Assembly (NCBI GenBank): GCA_033851265.1
Contig: JAWWOW010000005.1
Location: forward strand, 224,064 to 288,063
Reading direction: 5' to 3'
Length of the DNA stretch: 64,000 nucleotides
Source: Frankiales bacterium
GTDB lineage: Bacteria > Actinomycetota > Actinomycetes > JAWWOW01
Of this stretch, positions 1-8,948 are shown one piece after another; position 1 is the stretch's first letter; the number at the start of each line of letters is the position of its first letter. Both the position numbers and the translations under genes were made by a program. The notes beneath the pieces were generated by a model. That model did not search any database and had not been told where the DNA came from. It saw only the letters and a program-made list of their open reading frames with translations.

Positions 1-663
1 GTGTGCTGCACTGAGGGCATGCCGGCGCCATCGGGGAGGCGCGCACGGGGGTTGGGTTTCTTCGCCCTGGCGTGCGCCATCGTCGTGGCGGTGCTGTCGA
101 CCCTCGTGGCGGTTCGGTGGGGCCCGCTGGTCCGAGCCGACATCGACCTGGTGCGCTCAGCCCACGACGCAACAGCCGAGCACAACTGGCTAGAGAACGC
201 CGCGAAGCAGGTGACGCAGCTCGGTGACTGGATGGTGCTCGATCTCGTCGCCGTTGCAGCCGCGGCCGCCGTGGCGACCCGACGACAATGGGGCCTGGCA
301 TTACTCATCGTCGTTGTTCGCACCGGCGAGCTCGGAATTGTGCAGCTCATGAAGTGGGCGATCCACCGGCCGCGCCCGACGTTCCCCGATCCACTCACGA
401 CTGCGCAGTACTACAGCTTCCCGTCCGGGCACGCCGCGGGTGCGGCGGCGATGTTCGGTCTGCTCGCGGTTCTCGTCGTACGCCAGTCGAGTGGCGCGAC
501 ACGTTATGTGTTCTGGGCGGTGATGGCCGTGGTCATTGCTGCGGTCGCGGCGTCACGCGTGTTGCTCGGCGTGCACTATCCGGCCGACGTCAGCACGGGC
601 GTCGTCGTCGGGCTCGGCTGGCTCGCTCTGTGCCTTTACGCCATCCCGTCGCGCGGTCGGTAG
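1..663 (+). CDS. PAP2 family phosphatase (start may lie upstream of window)
   Basis: PAP2 motifs KWAIHRPRP, YSFPSGH, SRVLLGVHYPADV. Multi-TM hydrophobic profile. ORF 1..663. Confidence 0.7.
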   Translation: MCCTEGMPAPSGRRARGLGFFALACAIVVAVLSTLVAVRWGPLVRADIDLVRSAHDATAEHNWLENAAKQVTQLGDWMVLDLVAVAAAAAVATRRQWGLALLIVVVRTGELGIVQLMKWAIHRPRPTFPDPLTTAQYYSFPSGHAAGAAAMFGLLAVLVVRQSSGATRYVFWAVMAVVIAAVAASRVLLGVHYPADVSTGVVVGLGWLALCLYAIPSRGR

Positions 664-2180
664 ACCGTCAACGCCCGGGCCCGCTTGCGGAAGTGCACCG
701 ACTCGACAGGGTCATCTACCTCGCCGTCGCGCGCGACGGGCCGCGGTTCGTCACAGACACGGACGGTCAGTTCGGGTGTGGTGAACGCGTGGTACGCCGA
801 GCACTTGTCGAGCCGACCAACAAGCGCGGCGAGCGCTAGCCGGGTCCGTGCCCAGCGCTTCGCCTCGATGAGTCGGACGTCGAGCAGACCGTCGTCGAGT
901 GCGACCCGTGACGTGAGGACGACACCCGTCGGCTCGTAGCGGCAGTTGCCGACGAACAACAACCACGCGCGGCGCCGTTTGCCCTCGACCTCGAGATCCA
1001 TCGGCAAGCTCTGGTGAAGCGTGCGCACCAACGAAACGACAAGCGCTGGCCACTTGCCGACGTTGTTCTCGAGTTTCTCGCGGAAGGCAACCATCTCGGG
1101 GTAGCCACCGAGGCTCGCGGTGTTGAGGAAGATGCCGTCATCGGTTTCCCCGACGTCGACGCGGCTGGCCAACCCTGCACGCACTGCCTCGACGACCGAC
1201 TCGAGGTCGTCGTTGCCGAGGTCACGGGCGAAGTGGTTGAGCGTGCCGCCGGGGAGCACGACCAGCGGCTTGTCTTCCTCCAGGGCGACTGCGGCCGCTG
1301 CGTTGATCGTGCCGTCACCGCCGCATACGCCCAGAACGCGGGCTTGCTTGGCAGCGCGGCGCAGGGTGTCCACGATGGCTTCGTCGTCGCGGGGTTCCAT
1401 GCACTCGGCCTTCGGCAAGGCCTCGCACAGCTGGTCGGCCAGGGCTTTCGCCGTGCCGCGACCCGATCGCGGGTTGACGACGAACACCAAGCCGTCACCG
1501 TCAGGCAGCGCCGGCGCCTCGATCAGTTTCGGCGGCGACGGTGCCGGACGTGCGTCAGTTGGCGGCCATGGTCGGGTCAGCGCCAGCGACACGGCGCCAC
1601 CGAGCAGCACACCCGCGAGCACGTCACCGGGGTAGTGGACGCCGGTGTGCACGCGGGACCACGCCACGCCAGCGGCAAGGGCACCCACCGGGATCCCCAT
1701 CGCCGGCCACTCGACAGCAGTGCCGACCGCAAACCCGGCCGCGGATGCCGCGTGCCCGGAGGGGAACGACAACGTCGATGGCTGGCGCTGCAGTTGCCGT
1801 GACACGGGCACGTGACGCAGTGGTGGGCGGCGGCGGCGTACCGCGAACTTCGCCGGGATGTTGGCCACCGCGCTCGACAGCGCCATCCCCAGCACACCGC
1901 GCACCGCGGCACGCCGACCGCGCTCACCTGTCGCTGCCAACGCAGCGGCTGTCGCGTACCAGAGGACGCCGTGGTTAGCCGCGTTGGTCAGCGTGACGAG
2001 AGCGGGGTCGAGTCTCGGTATTTCGTGGTGCGTCGCCCAATGGAACGCTGCCAGGTCGGCCTGGTGAACCGTGTCCGCGACCAGCCGGCGTCGCCCACGT
2101 CGCGTCAGCGGTCGGCCAGCCAGCCGACGCCGAATTCGTACTCCTTGACCAAGGCTTCCTTGGCCTCGCCACCTGCCCAC
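636..2180 (-). CDS. bifunctional PAP2 phosphatase / diacylglycerol-kinase catalytic domain protein
   Basis: N-terminal PAP2 motifs (PSGHAASAAGF, SRVHTGVHYPGDV). C-terminal DAGK_cat motifs (VFVVNPRSGRG, GVCGGDGTINAA, GGTLNHFARDLG). Convergent with the upstream PAP2 gene, overlapping it by 28 nt. Confidence 0.75.
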   Translation of the reverse strand: MGRWRGQGSLGQGVRIRRRLAGRPLTRRGRRRLVADTVHQADLAAFHWATHHEIPRLDPALVTLTNAANHGVLWYATAAALAATGERGRRAAVRGVLGMALSSAVANIPAKFAVRRRRPPLRHVPVSRQLQRQPSTLSFPSGHAASAAGFAVGTAVEWPAMGIPVGALAAGVAWSRVHTGVHYPGDVLAGVLLGGAVSLALTRPWPPTDARPAPSPPKLIEAPALPDGDGLVFVVNPRSGRGTAKALADQLCEALPKAECMEPRDDEAIVDTLRRAAKQARVLGVCGGDGTINAAAAVALEEDKPLVVLPGGTLNHFARDLGNDDLESVVEAVRAGLASRVDVGETDDGIFLNTASLGGYPEMVAFREKLENNVGKWPALVVSLVRTLHQSLPMDLEVEGKRRRAWLLFVGNCRYEPTGVVLTSRVALDDGLLDVRLIEAKRWARTRLALAALVGRLDKCSAYHAFTTPELTVRVCDEPRPVARDGEVDDPVESVHFRKRARALTVYRPRDGMA

Positions 2181-2596
2181 GACTCGATCTTTCCGCCGAT
2201 CAGCGGCACTGAAGCCTTGAGCTCACCCTCGATTGAGACGAGTGACCCATCCGCGCTCGGCTCCAGGCGGATCGTGCCGCGCGCCTTGACCGGCTTGCCG
2301 GGCACGTCGATCGTCCATGTGCCGTCGCGCACACCGTCCTTTTCCGGCCCCCAGACGTCGGTCTGCACCATTTCGGTCGTGTCGCCGAACAACTTCTTGG
2401 CGAAGCCGGGGACGTTGGCCGGCGCGTGCCGGCGGGTCTTGATCCGTGCGCCGCTGTCCGACGCCTCGATCTCGAGCACCTCGTACTTCGGGTAGCCCAG
2501 CGCTTCGTATTTGCCCAGCAGGAACTTCTCGTCGCAGAACATCGCGAAGACGGCGGCTGGGTCTACGTCGTACTTGTCCCGCTGCGAAAGCTTCAT
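2105..2596 (-). CDS. DUF2505/SRPBCC-like protein
   Basis: Internal ATG of ORF 2105..3064 (MKLSQRDKYDVDPAAVFAMF...). The N-terminal 156 codons of the ORF are Arg/Ser-rich and overlap the gdh promoter region. Start set at complement ATG 2596..2594. Confidence 0.6.
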   Translation of the reverse strand: MKLSQRDKYDVDPAAVFAMFCDEKFLLGKYEALGYPKYEVLEIEASDSGARIKTRRHAPANVPGFAKKLFGDTTEMVQTDVWGPEKDGVRDGTWTIDVPGKPVKARGTIRLEPSADGSLVSIEGELKASVPLIGGKIESWAGGEAKEALVKEYEFGVGWLADR

Positions 2597-2601
2597 ACAC
2601 G

Positions 2602-2673
2602 CAGCGTACCGACGGTGCGTCGGGTGCGGATGGCAGCGTACCGAGGATGCGCCGTGTGCGGATGGCAGCGTAC
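2602..2673. promoter_or_regulatory. direct repeats in the divergent promoter region: 18-bp GTGCGGATGGCAGCGTAC twice (2624-2641, 2656-2673) plus a CAGCGTACC third partial copy (2602-2610)
   Basis: Read directly. 32-bp periodicity. Lies between the divergent starts of the DUF2505 gene and gdh. Confidence 0.5.
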
Positions 2674-2702
2674 GGCGCACGATCGCACTATGGTCAGGTG
2701 TC

Positions 2703-5700
2703 GTGGCCAGTGCGCCGAAAGGGCGACTCGACCGGGCCAGCGCCGACCTGGTTGATCGCGCCGTCGCGCACGCACGCCATGACGCGGGGGATGACGAGGC
2801 CCGCGCCGATCTCGTCGAGTCACTCATCCGGCAGTACTGGCGGAACGTCCCACCCGAGGACCTCGCTCGGCGCCACCCCGTGGACGCACAGGGCGCCACG
2901 CTGTCGCACCTGACCTTCGGCTGGCGACGTCCACCCGGGACCGCGCTCGTGCGCGTCATCAGCCCGAGTGAGGACGCGAGTGGCTGGGGCTGCCAGCACA
3001 GCGTCGTCGAGGTGGTCACTGACGACATGCCGTTCCTCGTCGACTCGGTCACGAGCGAGCTCAACCGCCAGGGTTACTCCATCCATCTCGTCGTGCATCC
3101 ACAACTCAAGGTTCGGCGGAACGCCGTTGGCGAGTTCGAGGCACTCGCTGATCCCGACGCCGAACCCGCGCCGGAGTTTGTGCCCGAGTCCTGGATCCAT
3201 GTCGAGATCGACCGCCGCTCGGACGTCTCGGCGTTCACCGGGTTGCAACGCGATCTGCGCAATGTGCTCGAAGACGTGCGCGCCGCAGTTGAGGACTGGG
3301 GCCGCATGCTCGCCCGGGTCGATGACACGATCGCGGAGTTGAAGGCTGGTGTTCCAGCGGCGACCGAAGACGACGTCGCCGAGACGATCGCCCTTCTCGA
3401 TTGGTTGAAGCAGGACAACTTCACTTTCCTCGGCTACCGCGACTACGAGCTGTCCGGCAGCGGCGACAACGCCGAGCTTCGGTCGGTGCCGTCGACCGGT
3501 CTCGGCATCCTGCGTGACTCAGGGTTGCAACCGGTTTCGCGCAGCCTGTCGGACATGCAACCCGAAGCTCGCCGCAAAGCCCTCGAGCCGACGTTGCTGA
3601 CATTGACCAAGGCCAATTCGCGGTCAACCGTCTATCGCCCCGCGTATCTCGACTACATCGGCGTGAAGCGACTCGGTCCCGACGGCGTGCCGATCGGGGA
3701 GCGCCGGATCCTCGGCCTGCTCGGACTGTCGGCGTACACCGAGAGCGTGCGTCGCATCCCCGTCGTACGCCGCAAAGTCGCTGCTGTTGTCGAGCGCGCA
3801 GACTTCCCACCGGGCAGCCACAACGCGTTCGACCTTCGCCACAACCTGGAGCTGTATCCGCGCGACGAGCTGTTCCAGATATCCGTCGACGATCTCTACG
3901 ACATCACGATGGGTATTCTCGGCTTGCAGGAGCGTCGCCGGGTCCGGTTGTTCATCCGGCGCGATGACTACGGCCGGTTCTTCTCCGTGCTCGTCTATCT
4001 CCCACGCGAGCGTTACACCACCCAGGTGCGGTTGCGGGTGCAAGAAATCCTGATGGAGACGCTCGGCGGATTGTCGGTCGACTACAACACCCGACTGTCA
4101 GAGTCCGTGCTCGCCCGCTTGCACCTCGTCATCCGCACCGATGACGTCGCACACCGCGATATCGACGTCGAGGCTCTCCAAGAGCGCATCGCGGCGGCGA
4201 CCCGATCGTGGACCGATGAGCTGGCGGATGCCGTGATCGAGGGCCTCGGCGAGGAACACGCCGCTGGGATGCTGAAGACCTACGGCGACGCGTTCCCGGA
4301 GGCATACAAGGAGGACTTCTCGCCGCGCGCCGCGGTTGCCGACATCCGGCGGCTCACCGATCTGCAAACCGAAGGCGACCTCGACCTCGCGCTCTACAAA
4401 CCGGCGGGCGCACCGGAGGGAGTACGTCGCTTCAAGATCTCCCGGGTCGGTCCTCCGTTGTCGCTCGCGACGCTGATGCCGGCGCTGCAGGACATGGGTG
4501 TCGAAGTAACCGACGAACGCCCCTATGAGCTCGAGCTCGGCGACGGTCGGCGCGCCTGGATCTACGACTTCGGGTTGCGGCATGAGGGCGAGGACGACTT
4601 CGACGCCGCCGGGGTGCGGGAGGCCTTCCAGGAAGCGTTCGCCGCGGTGTGGTCCGGCCGGATGGAGAGCGACGCGTTCAACGCGCTGGTGCTGGCTGCC
4701 GGCCTAACCTGGCGCGAAGTAGTGGTGGTGCGCGCCTACGCCGGCTACCTACGCCAGATCGGTACGACGTTCAGCCAGACCTACATCGCGACCGCACTGC
4801 ACAACAACGTCGAGATCGTGCGGTTGCTGGTCGACCTGTTCGAGGCTCGCTTCGACCCGCGTTCTGTCGACCGGGCCGACAAGGAGCAAGCCGACCTCAC
4901 CCGGCAGATCGAGCGGGCACTCGATGTCGTCGCGAGCCTGGACGAGGACCGCATCCTGCGTTCGTTCCTTGCGATGATTCACGCGACCACACGGACGAAC
5001 CACTTCCAGCCAGACACGGACGGCAGCATCAAGCCGTACCTGTCGATGAAGCTCGACCCCAAGCAGGTGCCCGACCTGCCGGCCCCGAAGCCGGCGCATG
5101 AGATCTGGGTGTACTCACCACGTGTCGAGGGCGTCCACCTGCGCTTCGGCGCGGTCGCGCGCGGTGGGCTGCGCTGGTCGGACCGGCGCGAGGACTTCCG
5201 CACTGAGGTGCTGGGCCTGGTCAAGGCGCAGACGGTGAAGAACGCCGTCATCGTTCCGGTCGGCGCCAAGGGCGGCTTTGTCGTGAAGCAGGCGCAGCCG
5301 TCGCGCGATGACGTTGTCGCCTGCTACACAGATTTCATTCGCGGCATGCTCGACATCACCGACAACATCGTCGAGGGCAAGGTTGTGCCGCCGCACGATG
5401 TCGTCCGCCATGACAGCGACGACCCCTATCTCGTCGTCGCCGCCGATAAGGGCACCGCGACGTTCTCTGACATCGCTAACGGGATTGCCGAGCAATACCA
5501 GTTCTGGCTGGGCGACGCGTTCGCATCCGGCGGCTCGTCCGGCTACGACCACAAGGCGATGGGGATCACCGCCCGCGGAGCCTGGGAGTCGGTGAAGCGA
5601 CACTTCCGCGAGTTGGGCACCAACATCCAGGAGCAGGACTTCACGGTCGTCGGTGTCGGTGACATGTCCGGCGATGTATTCGGCAACGGCATGCTCTTGT

Positions 5701-7550
5701 CCCAACACATCAAGTTGGTCGCTGCGTTCGACCACCGGCATGTGTTCATTGACCCGAACCCCGACCCGGCTGCGGCGTTCGACGAACGCCGGCGTCTCTT
5801 CGACCTGCCGCGCTCGTCCTGGGACGACTACGACCATTCGCTCATCTCAGAAGGTGGCGGAGTGTGGCCGCGTACGGCGAAGTCGATCCCGCTGTCGTCG
5901 CAGGCACGGTTGGCTCTTGGCATCGAAGCTGAGTCGATGACGCCCGCAGAGGTGATCCGCGGGATCCTGCAGGCACCGGTCGATCTGTTGTGGAACGGCG
6001 GCATTGGCACCTACGTCAAGGCGTCGGGCGAGACAAGTGCCGATGTTGGCGATCGCACCAACGACGTCGTCCGCGTCAACGGCCGTGACCTGCGAGCACG
6101 CGTCGTTGGCGAGGGCGGCAACCTAGGGTTCACCCAGCGCGGCCGGATCGAGTTTGCGCGTAAGGGCGGTCACATCTACACCGACGCGATCGACAATTCG
6201 GCAGGCGTGGACTGCTCGGACCACGAGGTCAACATCAAGATCCTTTTTGGCGCCATCGAGGCCGCGGGTGACATGACGCGCAAACAGCGCGACGCACTGC
6301 TCCTCGAGATGACCGATGAGGTCGCTGCGTTGGTGCTACGCGACAACTACGAACAAGCGATCGCGCTCGCCACCTCCCAAGTCAACGCCGCGTCGATGCT
6401 CCACGTTCATGCGCGGCTCATCGACGCGCTGGTGGCGGCGGGCGATCTGGACCGCGACCTCGAGTTCCTCCCCAACAAGGAGGAGATCGCCGATCGCGCG
6501 GCCGCGGGGGAAGGGCTGACTGCGCCAGAGTTCGCCGTTTTGCTTGCTTACCGCAAGATCACACTCACGCAAGATCTGTTGGAGAGTGACCTTCCCGACG
6601 ACCCGGCGTACGACCGCGAGTTGACGGCATATTTCCCCAGGCCGTTGCGTGAGCGGTTCCACGAGCAGATGCAGGAGCACCGGCTGCGCCGGGAGATCAT
6701 CGTCACTGGTGTCGTCAACCACATGGTCAACCGCGCGGGCATCACGTTTGCCTTGCGGCTGGCGGAGGAGACCGGCGCAACAGCGGTCGAGATTGTGCGC
6801 GCGCATTCTGTCGCGACGAAGGTGTTCGGGATTGACCGACTATGGGCCGGGGTGGAGGCGCTCGATGACACGGTCGCCTCCGATGTGCAGACGTCAATGT
6901 TCCTCGAGCTGCGCCGGCTGGTCGAGCGGGCCGCACGATTCTTCCTGCACAACAGGCGGCCCCCTATCGACGTTCTCGGGACGATCGACGCATTCGCCAG
7001 TGGCGTCGAAGCTGTCATGGGAAAGCTGACTGCTCTGGTGGCCAGCCCTGATCGGGTCGCGTTCGAGCAGCGGAGGGATGTGCTCGTCGGCGCCGGCGTG
7101 CCTGGCGACCTCGCCGAGCAGATCGCACTGCTCACGCCGAGCTACTCGGCTCTCGACATCGTCGAGGTGTCGAGGGAGACCAATCGGCCCGTGGAAGAAG
7201 TTGCCGATGTCTACTTCGCCGTCGAGCAACGCATCGGCCTGACTCGCCTGCGCGACCTCATCAACGCGTTGCCCCGCGACGATCACTGGCACACGCTGGC
7301 GCGCGCTGCACTGCGCGAGGACCTGTATGCCGCGCATGCCCGGCTCACCGAAGACATCTTGGGCTCGACGGACGGATCGTTGCCCACCGCGGAGCGACTG
7401 GACATGTGGATGGAGGCCAACAGCGGCTCGGTGCAGCGGGCGGCTGCGCTTCTCGCCGACATCTTCACGGCGGATCAGGCTGATCTCGCCACCTTGTCGG
7501 TCGCGCTGCGCCAGATCCGCACCGTGATCCGTAGCGCCTCCACGAGTTGA
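2703..7550 (+). CDS. gdh: NAD-specific glutamate dehydrogenase, large (about 1600 aa) form
   Basis: 1679-codon ORF with architecture and length typical of actinobacterial NAD-GDH (Rv2476c-like). GTG at 2703 chosen because upstream codons overlap the divergent gene and the repeat array. Start uncertain. Confidence 0.85.
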   Translation: MASAPKGRLDRASADLVDRAVAHARHDAGDDEARADLVESLIRQYWRNVPPEDLARRHPVDAQGATLSHLTFGWRRPPGTALVRVISPSEDASGWGCQHSVVEVVTDDMPFLVDSVTSELNRQGYSIHLVVHPQLKVRRNAVGEFEALADPDAEPAPEFVPESWIHVEIDRRSDVSAFTGLQRDLRNVLEDVRAAVEDWGRMLARVDDTIAELKAGVPAATEDDVAETIALLDWLKQDNFTFLGYRDYELSGSGDNAELRSVPSTGLGILRDSGLQPVSRSLSDMQPEARRKALEPTLLTLTKANSRSTVYRPAYLDYIGVKRLGPDGVPIGERRILGLLGLSAYTESVRRIPVVRRKVAAVVERADFPPGSHNAFDLRHNLELYPRDELFQISVDDLYDITMGILGLQERRRVRLFIRRDDYGRFFSVLVYLPRERYTTQVRLRVQEILMETLGGLSVDYNTRLSESVLARLHLVIRTDDVAHRDIDVEALQERIAAATRSWTDELADAVIEGLGEEHAAGMLKTYGDAFPEAYKEDFSPRAAVADIRRLTDLQTEGDLDLALYKPAGAPEGVRRFKISRVGPPLSLATLMPALQDMGVEVTDERPYELELGDGRRAWIYDFGLRHEGEDDFDAAGVREAFQEAFAAVWSGRMESDAFNALVLAAGLTWREVVVVRAYAGYLRQIGTTFSQTYIATALHNNVEIVRLLVDLFEARFDPRSVDRADKEQADLTRQIERALDVVASLDEDRILRSFLAMIHATTRTNHFQPDTDGSIKPYLSMKLDPKQVPDLPAPKPAHEIWVYSPRVEGVHLRFGAVARGGLRWSDRREDFRTEVLGLVKAQTVKNAVIVPVGAKGGFVVKQAQPSRDDVVACYTDFIRGMLDITDNIVEGKVVPPHDVVRHDSDDPYLVVAADKGTATFSDIANGIAEQYQFWLGDAFASGGSSGYDHKAMGITARGAWESVKRHFRELGTNIQEQDFTVVGVGDMSGDVFGNGMLLSQHIKLVAAFDHRHVFIDPNPDPAAAFDERRRLFDLPRSSWDDYDHSLISEGGGVWPRTAKSIPLSSQARLALGIEAESMTPAEVIRGILQAPVDLLWNGGIGTYVKASGETSADVGDRTNDVVRVNGRDLRARVVGEGGNLGFTQRGRIEFARKGGHIYTDAIDNSAGVDCSDHEVNIKILFGAIEAAGDMTRKQRDALLLEMTDEVAALVLRDNYEQAIALATSQVNAASMLHVHARLIDALVAAGDLDRDLEFLPNKEEIADRAAAGEGLTAPEFAVLLAYRKITLTQDLLESDLPDDPAYDRELTAYFPRPLRERFHEQMQEHRLRREIIVTGVVNHMVNRAGITFALRLAEETGATAVEIVRAHSVATKVFGIDRLWAGVEALDDTVASDVQTSMFLELRRLVERAARFFLHNRRPPIDVLGTIDAFASGVEAVMGKLTALVASPDRVAFEQRRDVLVGAGVPGDLAEQIALLTPSYSALDIVEVSRETNRPVEEVADVYFAVEQRIGLTRLRDLINALPRDDHWHTLARAALREDLYAAHARLTEDILGSTDGSLPTAERLDMWMEANSGSVQRAAALLADIFTADQADLATLSVALRQIRTVIRSASTS

Positions 7551-7577
7551 TCATCATTCTCCCGTAGCGTCTGGGAC

Positions 7578-8384
7578 ATGGCTCCGCCGTTCGACGCTGT
7601 CCTCTATCTGGACCGGGTCTCCGTGCTGCGCGACGGCGCTCGCTTACTTGATCGGGTCGAGTGGACCGTTCGCGAGGGGGAGCGCTGGGTTGTCATCGGT
7701 CCTAACGGCGCGGGCAAGACCACGTTGCTGCAGGTAGCCGCCGCCTTGCTCTATCCCTCCGAGGGTGTCGTCGAGGTGCTCGGTGAGCGGCTCGGTGAGG
7801 TTGACGTGTTCGAGCTGCGTCCGCGCATCGGCGTGACGTCGGCTGCGTTCGCCGACCGGTTGCCGGGCGGCGGTCGCGCGATCGACGTTGTCCTGACCGC
7901 GGCCTACGCGACGACGAGTCGCGGCCGTGAGGTCTATGACGACGTCGATCTCGGTCGCGCGCGGCATCTGCTCCGCTTCCTCGGTTGTGAGGTGTTGGCC
8001 GAGCGGCGTTACGGGACGTTGTCGGAGGGCGAACGCAAACGCGTGCAGATCGCGCGCGCGATGATGGCCGACCCGGAGCTGCTGCTGCTGGACGAGCCCG
8101 CGGCTGGCTTGGACCTGGGTGCCCGCGAGGCGCTTGTGTTGCGGTTGTCGCGCATCGCGGCCGACGCGACAGCGCCCACAACCGTTCTCGTCACGCATCA
8201 CGTCGAGGAGATTCCGCGCGGCTTCACACATGCACTGTTGCTCAGTGGTGGCCGCGTCGTCAGCGCCGGAAAGATCGATGAGGCGCTGACCAGCGAGGCG
8301 CTGTCGGCGTGCTTCGGCGTACCGCTGCGGGTTGACTATCACGACGGGCGCTACGCCGCACGCATCGCGGTCGCTGCCAGCTAG
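7578..8384 (+). CDS. ABC transporter ATP-binding protein (orphan ATPase)
   Basis: Walker A GPNGAGKTT, signature LSEGERKRVQIARAM, Walker B LLLLDEPAAGLD. Confidence 0.8.
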   Translation: MAPPFDAVLYLDRVSVLRDGARLLDRVEWTVREGERWVVIGPNGAGKTTLLQVAAALLYPSEGVVEVLGERLGEVDVFELRPRIGVTSAAFADRLPGGGRAIDVVLTAAYATTSRGREVYDDVDLGRARHLLRFLGCEVLAERRYGTLSEGERKRVQIARAMMADPELLLLDEPAAGLDLGAREALVLRLSRIAADATAPTTVLVTHHVEEIPRGFTHALLLSGGRVVSAGKIDEALTSEALSACFGVPLRVDYHDGRYAARIAVAAS

Positions 8385-8879
8385 CTAGTTGAGCGGCTTC
8401 TCCCACCAGGTGATGTCCCACCAGCGGTCGAGCTTCCAGCCCGCCTCGGTGATCTGACCAACCTTGGTGAAGCCGAAGCGTTCGTGCAGTGCGATCGACG
8501 GCGGATTCGGCACGGCGATCAGTGCGACCGCGCGATGGATGTCCTCGTCGGTGAGAGCGGTGAACAACGCGTCGTACAACGCAGTCCCGACGCCGCGTCC
8601 GCATGCGTCCGGTGCGATATAGACCGACGTCTCGACGGTGCGGTCATACGCCGGCCGGTCGCGGAACACACTGCTCGTCGCATAGCCGAGCACCGTCGTA
8701 CCGTCGACCGCGACCAACAGCCGGTGCCGCCCCGTGGCCGTGTAGTGGGACGCCCACGTGCGCCGCGCGTCCAGCGCGATCGGCTCGAGGTCGAAGGTCG
8801 CCTGGTGCGTACGGACGTAGTGGTTGTAGACGTCGTTGATACCCGCGAGGTCAGCGTCGGCAGCCGCACGGATCTCCAT
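8385..8879 (-). CDS. GNAT family N-acetyltransferase (phosphinothricin-acetyltransferase-like)
   Basis: GNAT core (RGVGTALYDALF, HERFGF). 164 aa. Confidence 0.8.
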   Translation of the reverse strand: MEIRAAADADLAGINDVYNHYVRTHQATFDLEPIALDARRTWASHYTATGRHRLLVAVDGTTVLGYATSSVFRDRPAYDRTVETSVYIAPDACGRGVGTALYDALFTALTDEDIHRAVALIAVPNPPSIALHERFGFTKVGQITEAGWKLDRWWDITWWEKPLN

Positions 8880-8948
8880 ACGGGAACGCTAACCAGTGCG
8901 GTCCGGGGTAGCGTCGGGCGGGACGAACGTGGCTGAGACTTACCTGGA

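Noticed and set aside
2602-2673. CRISPR array
   Set aside because: Only two full and one partial repeat copies are present, with no regular repeat-spacer structure. No cas genes are anywhere in the window.
2511-2702. 5' extension of the gdh ORF
   Set aside because: It would overlap the divergent DUF2505 gene start and read through the tandem repeat array. The GTG at 2703 gives a length matching other large NAD-GDHs.
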